This document shows positions 9,761-17,194 of a stretch of 27,478 nt of DNA, in pieces. A model generated the notes under the pieces. That model was given only the letters and a program-made list of their open reading frames with translations. It ran no database searches and had not been told where the DNA came from. The stretch lies in the IMG/VR virus record IMGVR_UViG_3300023174_000544, positions 1 through 27,478 of that record, one strand, 5' to 3'. This DNA is from a virus (Duplodnaviria; Caudoviricetes). A program made the position numbers and the translations under genes. Numbering within the stretch: the first letter of the stretch is position 1; every line of letters begins with the position of its first letter.

Positions 9761-10527
9761 TTTCAAAGTATCTAAAATCTATAACAAAAAAAATATTAGA
9801 TAGAAATAATTCATCAAGATATACGATGAATGAATCTTCAGTTCCTTTTGTTGTAAACAATAAAAACATGGTCATTCCCATGACTTGCAAGTCCATACAA
9901 GCAAATGATCTAATTCCCGGTGACATAATGGTTATGGAATCTGGTGAAATTTTTAATATTAATGCTATTGAATTAAATGAAGATAAATTAATATTAAACA
10001 CTGTCGATCAGAATAAATGTGAACGTATCAAGATAATGGAAACAAATTCTATTATTGGAATACTTGGAACAGACTTGAACGAAGATTTTGATGAAGATGG
10101 TTCGCAAGTTGAAATTTATGAAGACACTAAGAGAAAAGTAAAATTAAACAAGATAATGAAGGGTGATGTAAAGAAGTACAAAGTCTATGTAAAGAATGAT
10201 AAAGGTAATGTTGTAAAAGTAAATTTTGGTGATCCTAATATGGAAATCAAAAGAGATGATCCAGGACGCCGTAAAAATTTTAGAGCTAGACATAATTGCG
10301 ACAACCCAGGACCAAGATGGAAAGCCAGATACTGGGCATGCAAAACTTGGAGTACTCAATCAGTAACATCCATGTTAAAAGAAGATACAGAACCAACCAT
10401 AAAGCCCAAACAACCAAAACCTTGGGTAGAGCTAGCTTACAATATAACAAATAACACGATTAAAAACCTAAATGAACAGGTTTACAATCCAGATTTGTTT
10501 GGGTTAATAAAAAATAGGACTAAATAA
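9757..10527 (+). CDS. Hypothetical protein with a basic phage domain (KVNFGD...RRKNFRARHNC...ARYWAC)
   Basis: ATGA overlap with the previous gene. The basic domain is flanked by EIYE| and MLKE| sites and resembles a motif I recall from T4-like phage hypothetical proteins. Confidence 0.7.
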   Translation: MISKYLKSITKKILDRNNSSRYTMNESSVPFVVNNKNMVIPMTCKSIQANDLIPGDIMVMESGEIFNINAIELNEDKLILNTVDQNKCERIKIMETNSIIGILGTDLNEDFDEDGSQVEIYEDTKRKVKLNKIMKGDVKKYKVYVKNDKGNVVKVNFGDPNMEIKRDDPGRRKNFRARHNCDNPGPRWKARYWACKTWSTQSVTSMLKEDTEPTIKPKQPKPWVELAYNITNNTIKNLNEQVYNPDLFGLIKNRTK

Positions 10528-10536
10528 AGGAAAGCC

Positions 10537-11094
10537 ATGAAATTTAAATCACTCATCAAAAAAATCGAAACTTTAGTAGAAGACGCAGGAGAACATACCT
10601 TTGGAGGTGGTCTCTATATCGGTGACCCCCAAGGAAAGATGGGTGAATCACCTTTAACCGATAAGGGAACATTCAACCTAGCTCTTCCAAGACAAATTGA
10701 TGCAATCAATGCTATGCTTTATACTTTCTCATGCAAAGATTACATTGATCCCGACAGCATTCTTGCTGTTGTAAAACAAAAATTAAACATTTTTGGTCTT
10801 GATTTTGCAGCACCAAATCGCAGTGTATCAGATGGTCTTTCCACATTTGAACTCGTTCAATACGGAAGCCCTCAGCTTGGAGTCTATGGCCAAAACCCAT
10901 ATGACGATGTTAACAAGACTGGATTCAAGCAAGGCGATGGAATCAAGGAAAAACTAGGACATTCTTTGTCTCTTTCAATGAATGTTGTCAAACAACCAAA
11001 TCATTTGAGAAAAGTAATGCTTGTTATCGTGCCAACTGAAACTTCTTCATATAATACAGATAGCATGAATTATGATTGCGGATGCGAGCACTGA
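10537..11094 (+). CDS. Hypothetical T4-like late protein
   Basis: TAAATA at 10521-10526; AAGGA RBS; N-terminus MKFKSLIKKIETLVE|. Confidence 0.7.
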   Translation: MKFKSLIKKIETLVEDAGEHTFGGGLYIGDPQGKMGESPLTDKGTFNLALPRQIDAINAMLYTFSCKDYIDPDSILAVVKQKLNIFGLDFAAPNRSVSDGLSTFELVQYGSPQLGVYGQNPYDDVNKTGFKQGDGIKEKLGHSLSLSMNVVKQPNHLRKVMLVIVPTETSSYNTDSMNYDCGCEH

Positions 11095-11101
11095 ACCATT
11101 A

Positions 11102-11500
11102 ATGTTAGACAATAACAAACCATTGACAGAAGATACTTTTTTAGAATTCTGTCAAACTTGTTATTTCAACAAAGAGTGCAGTGGCAAAATAGAATTCATG
11201 GATGATCTAAAACGTATCAAATACGTTAAAAGATTACTTCAAAAAATTCATAAACACAAAACTCTCAAATCAATACGTGAAAGACTTATAATAAATCATA
11301 TTATAATTTTACGAAATGTATTTGGTGAAGAGAATACTGCAAGAATTTTAATATTTAAAGTTGAGCCGCGTTTATATTCTTATTTGAAATCCTTTTTGGT
11401 ATTCTTAGAATTTAACATAAAAAATTTACCAGAGGTAAAGTATTCAGAATTGAATACCGATCCAAGAGTAGATCGAAAGTTGTCTCAGACAGAAAAATAA
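11102..11500 (+). CDS. Conserved T4-like phage hypothetical protein
   Basis: EFMDDLKRIKYVKRLL...RERLIINHIIILRNVFG...LKSFLVFL is a motif typical of marine and freshwater T4-like phages. Start is 11102 or 11072. Confidence 0.75.
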   Translation: MLDNNKPLTEDTFLEFCQTCYFNKECSGKIEFMDDLKRIKYVKRLLQKIHKHKTLKSIRERLIINHIIILRNVFGEENTARILIFKVEPRLYSYLKSFLVFLEFNIKNLPEVKYSELNTDPRVDRKLSQTEK

Positions 11501-11509
11501 ATATTATAG

Positions 11510-13087
11510 ATGAACTCTCCTCAATACATTCCATCATTTTATTTTTATAAGTTTGCTCAAGGAGTCTCGGAGCCTTATACAGCCCTACAAGCATACCGTG
11601 GTGGTGCTATTGACCAGAATGGAAATATTCTAAAAGCGGAAAGTAGCATTGACCCACTAGAATATCTTATTATAAAATTAAAGAAAATCTTTGATGAGTT
11701 GCCACCTGGACTCACAAAAGCCAAGCTCAACAACTATATGAGCACAATGCAATTATTTGGTGAAGAAGTCAAACAGATTGGCATCACTGATTCAGAATAT
11801 ATTGGATTAGTAGAAAGCTACATTGCCCTTCACATCGATCCATCCGTCAGCTACATGGAGCTCTGCGAAGATATGGCAGCTGGTGGCATGGGAACTCCGG
11901 GAACTTCTACCGGCTATAACACTGGTTCTGTGTCTGGGTATGATCCTGCAATGGGAACAACAAAAAGAACCACTCCAATTCTAAAAGGTCTTGATAATTG
12001 TGAAATGTTTGATGTTTGCCCAGAAGAAATGGGACATTTTAAAAGTGCTAAGGCATGGAAACATGTTCCAGATACTGAAACAAAAAACTATCTTCAAAGA
12101 TATCAAAGACGAAATCCAAAAGCACATATGGCAGTTAGATCAGTAGATCCCGATACAGGAGAAAGTGATCTATATTGGATTAACTTTAAACCATTGAGCT
12201 TCATGGAAGAATATGGTTTGGAAGAATTAGATATTTTAAATGAAGAGAGTGCAGTTGCAGACTATACAGATAAAACAACTGATAAAGATAAAAATGTTGC
12301 AGTATTGACAAATACACAAGAATCAAATTATGACATACCAGAACATCTTCATTCAAAAGTAGCAGATTTTATTAGTACATCTTTAAATATGAAATATAGA
12401 ACTAAAGAAAACAAAGATGCTGGTCGTATAATTGATAGGAAAGATTCACATGGTGCAGAACTTCACGCCAGAATGCTTTTATTTGCCAACGGCTTGGAAG
12501 ATATTTCAAAAATACCTGATACGGCAAAGAGACACGAGACTTTTTCAAATTTTATTAATGCAGTTCATGGCGGAAGACATAAGAATCCTTCTGTTTCAGA
12601 TCAACGTTCCAAAGAAAAACACCCAGATGCATGGGCCTATCACCCTGAAAATGGTATAATAGGAGCAGAAATTAAAACTGATAGATACGAAGGAAGTTTT
12701 CCAACTAAACTTTCAAATACAGCATCCTCGGAACAAATAGAACAAGAAAAACAAAGGAATATAAGTAACATCCAAAGTCAATGGAAAAATGGAGTTGTTG
12801 TTCAAAGAAAAGCTTCTGGCAAATTCTTTAAAGTTTCACCCGAAAATATTACAGGACTTTGGGCTGAACATCCTGCACGTGTTAAATCAAGAAAACGTGG
12901 AAGCTCTGTTAAACAAGAAAATAAAGAAACTGCAGGAAATGTTTTAAAAATAAAATCTTTTAGAAGTTTGACATCAAAAAGAGAAGATCCTTTAAAAATA
13001 AGTAATCAAACTATAGAATTACTTAAACAGCATACAAATTCAGAGCACCATGATTTGTTAAGTGGAATACTTGGGGTTCATGTATAA
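11510..13087 (+). CDS. Multidomain late protein: conserved T4-like N-terminal domains plus a putative C-terminal PD-(D/E)xK nuclease
   Basis: TAAATA at 11498-11503; AYRGGAIDQNGNILK N-terminal motif; DILNE| site; HPDAWAY...IIGAEIKT near 12620-12680. Confidence 0.65.
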   Translation: MNSPQYIPSFYFYKFAQGVSEPYTALQAYRGGAIDQNGNILKAESSIDPLEYLIIKLKKIFDELPPGLTKAKLNNYMSTMQLFGEEVKQIGITDSEYIGLVESYIALHIDPSVSYMELCEDMAAGGMGTPGTSTGYNTGSVSGYDPAMGTTKRTTPILKGLDNCEMFDVCPEEMGHFKSAKAWKHVPDTETKNYLQRYQRRNPKAHMAVRSVDPDTGESDLYWINFKPLSFMEEYGLEELDILNEESAVADYTDKTTDKDKNVAVLTNTQESNYDIPEHLHSKVADFISTSLNMKYRTKENKDAGRIIDRKDSHGAELHARMLLFANGLEDISKIPDTAKRHETFSNFINAVHGGRHKNPSVSDQRSKEKHPDAWAYHPENGIIGAEIKTDRYEGSFPTKLSNTASSEQIEQEKQRNISNIQSQWKNGVVVQRKASGKFFKVSPENITGLWAEHPARVKSRKRGSSVKQENKETAGNVLKIKSFRSLTSKREDPLKISNQTIELLKQHTNSEHHDLLSGILGVHV

Positions 13088-13109
13088 AACCCCCTTTCGG
13101 GGGTTTTAT
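13084..13109. terminator. Bidirectional intrinsic terminator
   Basis: ATAAAACCCCC-TTTC-GGGGGTTTTAT is a perfect inverted repeat between convergent genes. Confidence 0.9.
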
Positions 13110-13325
13110 TTAATCCTGAATAAAGTTCTTACAACACTTTGGCTTTGAACATCCAGAACTTGCTCTGGCTTCATTAATGATCTTAGTGTGGGCATCTTCC
13201 CAACCAGCAAGCCATTCTTGCCAGTAGACAGAATTTGACTCATATATGTTGGAAGCTTTGTCTCCACCATTCATTCTGGTATCGTAACCCTTTTTATATG
13301 CTGAACCGGGAATGTAATCTGTCAT
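13110..13325 (-). CDS. Ribosome modulation factor (RMF)-like small protein
   Basis: AYKKGY...G....N.Y......WLAGWEDA parallels the RMF pattern GYxAG...CPY...WLGGWREA; has a Cys-rich tail. Confidence 0.6.
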   Translation of the reverse strand: MTDYIPGSAYKKGYDTRMNGGDKASNIYESNSVYWQEWLAGWEDAHTKIINEARASSGCSKPKCCKNFIQD

Positions 13326-13753
13326 GGTTTATCCTTTGGATCAATTGGAATCATAACAATCTGACTAAGAAGCTTGTCAAGCGCCTTAACGTGAGCACGT
13401 TGCTCAGTAATGTTTAGATATCCACGAATTTCAATAAGCTTTTCATAATCCTCACGCGAGAATGTAGTTACATTCTTTGCAGGCTGTTGCTTTTTCATGG
13501 GACGACGATTGTTCATGGGATTCTTGGGGCGATTGTTCTTGCTCCATTCCTTCATGATGTCATCGATGTTCAGGTACTCTTTCATGCTTTCAGTGAAGTC
13601 TTGCCCACTGTTAATGTCGTTCCACATCTTGCGGAACTCTGGACCCATGTTGCCATAAAAGAAGAACCCATTAGGATTGTTGTTTGGGTTGTTGGCGTCA
13701 TCATCGTCGCCATTCTGCCAGTTTTTGAAATCATTAAAATCTGAATTATTCAT
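13322..13753 (-). CDS. Hypothetical Asn/Asp-rich protein
   Basis: 143-aa ORF with a GAGG RBS; ATGA-coupled to the RMF-like gene. Confidence 0.7.
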   Translation of the reverse strand: MNNSDFNDFKNWQNGDDDDANNPNNNPNGFFFYGNMGPEFRKMWNDINSGQDFTESMKEYLNIDDIMKEWSKNNRPKNPMNNRRPMKKQQPAKNVTTFSREDYEKLIEIRGYLNITEQRAHVKALDKLLSQIVMIPIDPKDKP

Positions 13754-13761
13754 ATTTTTCC

Positions 13762-14061
13762 TCAGTTAGTGTCAAAAATTTGTTCGTAAACTACCTTGCC
13801 CCGATTGTCTGTAACAGAGACATATCGAACGTGACGGCTCATTGCGTCACTGATATTTAGGGGATCCTTTGGACCGAATGCCATGTGCTTGATCCAAGCA
13901 GGGCAACCACCAAGGGAAATACGAACTTCGGCACCAGTTGCATCAGTACCATAAAAATCAAATGCAGCCTTCTCACCATCATAATAGGTGAAAAAGCAAT
14001 CAATAGAATCATACTTCTTGCGAACATCCGCAAGAGTCATTTCTGTAGCGGTTTTAGCCAT
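13762..14061 (-). CDS. Hypothetical protein
   Basis: 99-aa ORF in a tight operon; overlaps the upstream ORF by 8 nt. Confidence 0.7.
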   Translation of the reverse strand: MAKTATEMTLADVRKKYDSIDCFFTYYDGEKAAFDFYGTDATGAEVRISLGGCPAWIKHMAFGPKDPLNISDAMSRHVRYVSVTDNRGKVVYEQIFDTN

Positions 14062-14227
14062 TAGGCAATCTCACTTGCTTGATTGAAATAGGTAGTTGGC
14101 CATTCGCGTCAAGCGCACGAAGAGTGCCAACTTTAGCCTCCATGAGGCTCTTGTGACGGTTATTACGAAGACGGGTTTTGCGCTTTCTATGCGCCCGAGC
14201 AGTTATACGTTGTTTAGAATTAGGCAT
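14054..14227 (-). CDS. 57-aa highly basic protein (not in ORF track)
   Basis: Manual translation: MPNSKQRITARAHRKRKTRLRNNRHKSLMEAKVGTLRALDANGQLPISIKQVRLPNG*. The ATG lies 6 nt after a TATACT -10 box. Confidence 0.7.
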   Translation of the reverse strand: MPNSKQRITARAHRKRKTRLRNNRHKSLMEAKVGTLRALDANGQLPISIKQVRLPNG

Positions 14228-14233
14228 ATGAAT

Positions 14234-14261
14234 AGTATACTCTTTATTTATGGCGTGTCAA
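14234..14261 (-). promoter_or_regulatory. sigma70-like promoter with a nested TAAATA late box
   Basis: TTGACA(14261-14256)-N16-TATACT(14239-14234); TAAATA at 14250-14245 inside the spacer. Confidence 0.75.
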
Positions 14262-14289
14262 ATAACAAAACCCCTTTTGAGGGGGGTTT
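14262..14289 (-). terminator. Intrinsic terminator ending the tRNA/tmRNA transcript
   Basis: AAACCCC-loop-GGGGTTT followed by TGTTATTT on the minus strand. Confidence 0.7.
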
Positions 14290-14449
14290 CGGGTCGATTC
14301 AGATGCGGGAGACCAAACCCCACTGCTTTAAGCAGCCATTGCTAATTGGTTAGCAATTATTTTTTGCAACTGTTTATTTACGACACTTGTTACCCGTGTC
14401 GGGTATCTCCTTCTTCATTACTTTGCGCCAATCTATTCCTTTCGACCCC
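14290..14449 (-). ncRNA. ssrA: tmRNA coding piece (5' tRNA-like strand, PK1, tag ORF, PK2) of a permuted gene
   Basis: Starts GGGGTCG-AAAGGAATAGA; PK1 CGACAC/GTGTCG with GTAAC/GTTGC; resume context AATAATT-GCT; tag ANQLAMAA* at 14354-14328 with its stop in a CTGCT/AGCAG hairpin. The 3' boundary is approximate. Confidence 0.9.
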
Positions 14450-14544
14450 GTGACCCGAAGCCTAGGACTTCGGGAAATGCCCCGCTGCTACGAGGACTTG
14501 GCTCGCCGTTTTCAGAGGATTGCAGATTCTCTGACTTAGGCTAA
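14450..14544 (-). other. 95-nt structured intervening segment of the permuted tmRNA precursor
   Basis: Lies between discriminator A (14545) and G1 (14449); hairpins CAGAG/CTCTG, CGAG/CTCG and CCCGAAGTC/GGCTTCGGG. Confidence 0.75.
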
Positions 14545-14605
14545 TGGAGTCGGGGGGATTCGAACCCCCGTCTTGTACGCATTTCAATCCAATATCAACA
14601 ATACC
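14545..14605 (-). ncRNA. ssrA: tmRNA acceptor piece (3' tRNA-like strand) of a permuted gene
   Basis: TGCGTACAA-GAC-GGGGG-TTCGAAT-CCCCC-CGACTCC-A. CGACTCC pairs with GGGGTCG giving G3:U70; no encoded CCA. The 5' boundary is approximate (TAAATA at 14616-14611). Confidence 0.9.
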
Positions 14606-14617
14606 ATTTTTATTTAG

Positions 14618-14700
14618 TGCGAGCGGAAGGATTCGAACCTTCGTAGACATAAGCCAACAGATTTACAATCTGTCCTCGTTGACCGCTTGAGTACACTCGC
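14618..14700 (-). tRNA. tRNA-Tyr (GTA)
   Basis: GCGAGTG/CGCTCGC acceptor stem, ACAGA-ttGTAaa-TCTGT anticodon arm, long variable arm, TTCGAAT loop, A73; no CCA. Confidence 0.95.
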
Positions 14701-14704
14701 TAAA

Positions 14705-14830
14705 GTCGGGCATTGAATCCTTTTTCCAGCCCTGATCAAGGTCTGGGAAGTATAGTACTAGCCCTGCGCGTTCTTCTAAGGTATCCCGCGCCCCACCTCT
14801 GATTACTGCTAGGGTATCAGTTATCCCTAT
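14705..14830 (-). ncRNA. Putative unknown structured RNA between tRNA-Gly and tRNA-Tyr
   Basis: GC-rich spacer with no ORF of note; H-type pseudoknot (TAGGG/CCCTA plus CTGAT/ATCAG) and stems GCGCG/CGCGC and CCAG/CTGG. Confidence 0.5.
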
Positions 14831-14857
14831 ACAGTTTTATAGTCTTTAATTGTCAAA

Positions 14858-14929
14858 AGCGAACGATGGGATTCGAACCCACGACCATCGGTTTGGAAAA
14901 CCGAGACTCTACCACTGAGTTACATTCGC
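14858..14929 (-). tRNA. tRNA-Gly (TCC)
   Basis: GCGAATG/CGTTCGC acceptor stem, TCGGT-ttTCCaa-ACCGA anticodon arm, U73; no CCA. Confidence 0.95.
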
Positions 14930-14935
14930 AAAAAT

Positions 14936-15061
14936 TTACTTCTTAACCTTTTTTGATTTCTTCTTTTTCTTGAAGATTGCTTCAAAATTCTTACCATATT
15001 GCTCCAAATTTACAGGTCTTGGAGAACTTCCTTTTCCAGCACCATGTGATCCGTAATCCAT
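14936..15061 (-). CDS. 41-aa Lys-tailed small protein (not in ORF track)
   Basis: MDYGSHGAGKGSSPRPVNLEQYGKNFEAIFKKKKKSKKVKK*; the GKGSxPRP...Y..NF..IF motif resembles a small phage protein family. Confidence 0.75.
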   Translation of the reverse strand: MDYGSHGAGKGSSPRPVNLEQYGKNFEAIFKKKKKSKKVKK

Positions 15062-15067
15062 GTCACT

Positions 15068-15095
15068 AGTATATATCGTATATAACAGAAGTCAA
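15068..15095 (-). promoter_or_regulatory. sigma70-like promoter driving the peptide-tRNA-tmRNA cluster
   Basis: TTGACT(15095-15090)-N16-TATACT(15073-15068), 6 nt before the ATG at 15061. Confidence 0.75.
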
Positions 15096-15109
15096 ATCTA
15101 AATATTGAT

Positions 15110-15724
15110 ATGAAGAACAATAAAGGTTATTACGGTTGGATTCATTCCTTAAATCAAGCTGCTATGCAATCACAACAAAATGGTTTTCGTATGATTAACG
15201 AAGCCAAGGCTGCAAAGATTACAGATCCTGCTCAAAGAGCCAAATTGATGGGTCAAATGCCCGTAGCAGCTCCTGTCAATCCAGAAGCACCAAGTGCTCA
15301 TCCAGCCGATGTAATTGACACAATTGCTCGTCTTGGCAAAACATCTGCATCCACCATTGCACTGGCTGATGGTGATGTCGGAGCTTATGCAAATCTTAAA
15401 AGAATGAAAAATGCGGAAAGATTGGCTCAACTAGCGCAAAATACTGGTAAAATTGATGCCAAGCCAGATGGCAATGCAAATGAAGTTGCTGCAGACGGAC
15501 AAGATGGTGTTATGGCTGATCCAGATTTATCTGATTTTGAAGATGAAATGTCTCAGGCCGCAGAAATTCGCAAAGATGCTTTAGCCAATAAAGCAAGACG
15601 CGAACAAGAAGATTATCCTGAAGAACCAGAAAACGATTATGATTATGAGATTCCTACTGCTAACTGGAAAACAGTAAGAGAATCAATTATATCTAAAATT
15701 TCAAAAATGATGAATGAAGGTTAA
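15110..15724 (+). CDS. Hypothetical late protein, probable internal head protein
   Basis: TAAATA at 15099-15104, 5 nt before the ATG; MINE|A, TVRE|S and MMNE|G sites; acidic C-terminal half. Confidence 0.7.
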   Translation: MKNNKGYYGWIHSLNQAAMQSQQNGFRMINEAKAAKITDPAQRAKLMGQMPVAAPVNPEAPSAHPADVIDTIARLGKTSASTIALADGDVGAYANLKRMKNAERLAQLAQNTGKIDAKPDGNANEVAADGQDGVMADPDLSDFEDEMSQAAEIRKDALANKARREQEDYPEEPENDYDYEIPTANWKTVRESIISKISKMMNEG

Positions 15725-15927
15725 AGATCGGGATACCCGATTTCTCGGGACCATTCCCATTCTTGCCAGATCATTTTAGCAAATTCGTCGTCAGGATCAT
15801 GACGACGAATTTCTAGTTCTGCTAGACCTTGTGCTGAGATGGCTGCATCCATTTCCCATGATAACCAGAACCATTCACCCTTTTTAAGGATTTGATTGGT
15901 TATCAGACAACGGATTTCTTTGGACAT
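15721..15927 (-). CDS. Hypothetical Trp-rich small protein
   Basis: 68-aa ORF starting 1 nt after the upstream stop. Confidence 0.6.
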   Translation of the reverse strand: MSKEIRCLITNQILKKGEWFWLSWEMDAAISAQGLAELEIRRHDPDDEFAKMIWQEWEWSREIGYPDL

Positions 15928-15928
15928 A

Positions 15929-16192
15929 TTAAGTCACAGTGTAGAAGGTAATACCTGCTGCGCTTCCCTTTGGGGAAGTATCCCAAGAATAAAGATAAAT
16001 TGGGATTAAAGTGCTGCTAGAAGCAGCAATTTGCATTATAATATCTGTAGTAGCACCTGCCGGGGTCAATGCGGTATAAGTAAAGTTTACTGCACTTCCG
16101 GTTGTATTGACAACTAAAGCACCTTCATTATTTAACCAAGTATTACCGTGAGTACGGATGGGAAGTTGATTGATTTTTCTATAGGTTCTCAT
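15929..16192 (-). CDS. Small beta-rich late protein, probably structural
   Basis: TAAATA at 16203-16198, 5 nt before the ATG; Thr/Gly/Ala-rich with GxT motifs. Confidence 0.7.
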   Translation of the reverse strand: MRTYRKINQLPIRTHGNTWLNNEGALVVNTTGSAVNFTYTALTPAGATTDIIMQIAASSSTLIPIYLYSWDTSPKGSAAGITFYTVT

Positions 16193-16204
16193 AATATTAT
16201 TTAT

Positions 16205-16684
16205 TTAAAAAAGAAGTAGTAGTCCAGTATCAGATGTAATATCATCGGCAGTATAAGTTAATTTTATTAATCTATATGGATACCATAACCAAGAATCTTT
16301 TCCTGTTGATCCTTTACATAAACTATGACCCCCAGCAGATGACAAGGTTATAGAATTATTTGGTATTGTTAGTATAGAAAACCCGGAAGTAGCCGCATTA
16401 CCACAAATGGATTGTGCACTATTTATTATCGCATTAGAAGAAGTTCTGCCACCTTTTGCAATATGATTTGTCAAAGTTAATTCAGTTCCGGCAGATGTAT
16501 AGAATGTTGCAGAAATTAAAGGATAATTTGTATTCAATCCATCAAAAGTAGAACCAATTCTTACTGCAAATGCTTTTGGCCATCTATAGCCTGAAACATC
16601 TTTAATAATAGTTCCACCACCCTGTAAGTTCATTTCAGATGAAAGATTATAATAAATTACTTTTTTGTAGGTTCCATCAATCAT
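16205..16684 (-). CDS. Ser/Thr/Gly-rich late protein, probably structural
   Basis: TAAATA at 16697-16692, 7 nt before the ATG; 159 aa. Confidence 0.7.
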   Translation of the reverse strand: MIDGTYKKVIYYNLSSEMNLQGGGTIIKDVSGYRWPKAFAVRIGSTFDGLNTNYPLISATFYTSAGTELTLTNHIAKGGRTSSNAIINSAQSICGNAATSGFSILTIPNNSITLSSAGGHSLCKGSTGKDSWLWYPYRLIKLTYTADDITSDTGLLLLF

Positions 16685-16980
16685 TCTACACTATTTAGAC
16701 TATCCTTTATGGTCCAAAATTGATCCAATTCTTCTTTAGTTTTGGCATAACTGACCATCCAGATACAGTGGTATCTTCCATGCGGAATAGACTTACAGAC
16801 CCCTACATGGTAACCAGAGCCTTCATTATATTGCGAAACGACTACCTTATATGGAGTTTTTGATTCAACTTCATTTATAAAATTTTGAACATACTCTGGA
16901 TAGATTTTTTTAGGAATTACCACAGTCTTTTTATTATATTTGCGCTTGGGCTGAGTGGATGTTTTTCGGTGTCTGGGCAT
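16681..16980 (-). CDS. Hypothetical protein with a basic N-terminus
   Basis: 99-aa ORF; ATGA overlap with the downstream gene. Confidence 0.65.
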   Translation of the reverse strand: MPRHRKTSTQPKRKYNKKTVVIPKKIYPEYVQNFINEVESKTPYKVVVSQYNEGSGYHVGVCKSIPHGRYHCIWMVSYAKTKEELDQFWTIKDSLNSVE

Positions 16981-16990
16981 AAATATTATT

Positions 16991-17194
16991 ATGAAAGATA
17001 TAAAAGAAGGAAATCTCTATAACGTTGAAACTTCTAAGATGTCACCCAATAGAAGTTCAGAGTTAACCGATGTGAATAAAATTATGATGGATCAATTTTG
17101 GGAGGCTATGTCCAGACAAGGAATATCTCCAGAAAAAGCCAAAGAAATTGCTAGGACAACTTTTGGTGATCAATCGCAGACACCCAAAGTTTGA
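16991..17194 (+). CDS. Small hypothetical late protein
   Basis: TAAATA at 16980-16985, 5 nt before the ATG at 16991 (MKDIKE|GNLY...). Confidence 0.6.
   Translation: MKDIKEGNLYNVETSKMSPNRSSELTDVNKIMMDQFWEAMSRQGISPEKAKEIARTTFGDQSQTPKV

Noticed and set aside
14096-14353. 85-aa plus-strand ORF in the track
   Set aside because: It is antisense to the 57-aa gene, promoter, terminator and tmRNA tag region, and has no start signals.
14355-14367. Alternative tmRNA tag frame starting GCA AAA AAT (AKNNC*)
   Set aside because: It begins within PK1 and lacks a C-terminal AA degron; the ANQLAMAA frame has the proper resume context and stop hairpin.
14450-14544. HDV-like (theta) ribozyme in the tmRNA intervening segment, prompted by TCCTCGT
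   Set aside because: The flanks (AAG/AGC) cannot form P3, and no P1/P2 nesting was found by eye.
14462-14650. 62-aa minus-strand ORF in the track
   Set aside because: It runs through tRNA-Tyr and the tmRNA acceptor piece; the RNA structures explain the sequence.
14829-14856. TTGACA on the minus strand just after tRNA-Gly
   Set aside because: No acceptable -10 box at 16-18 bp spacing.
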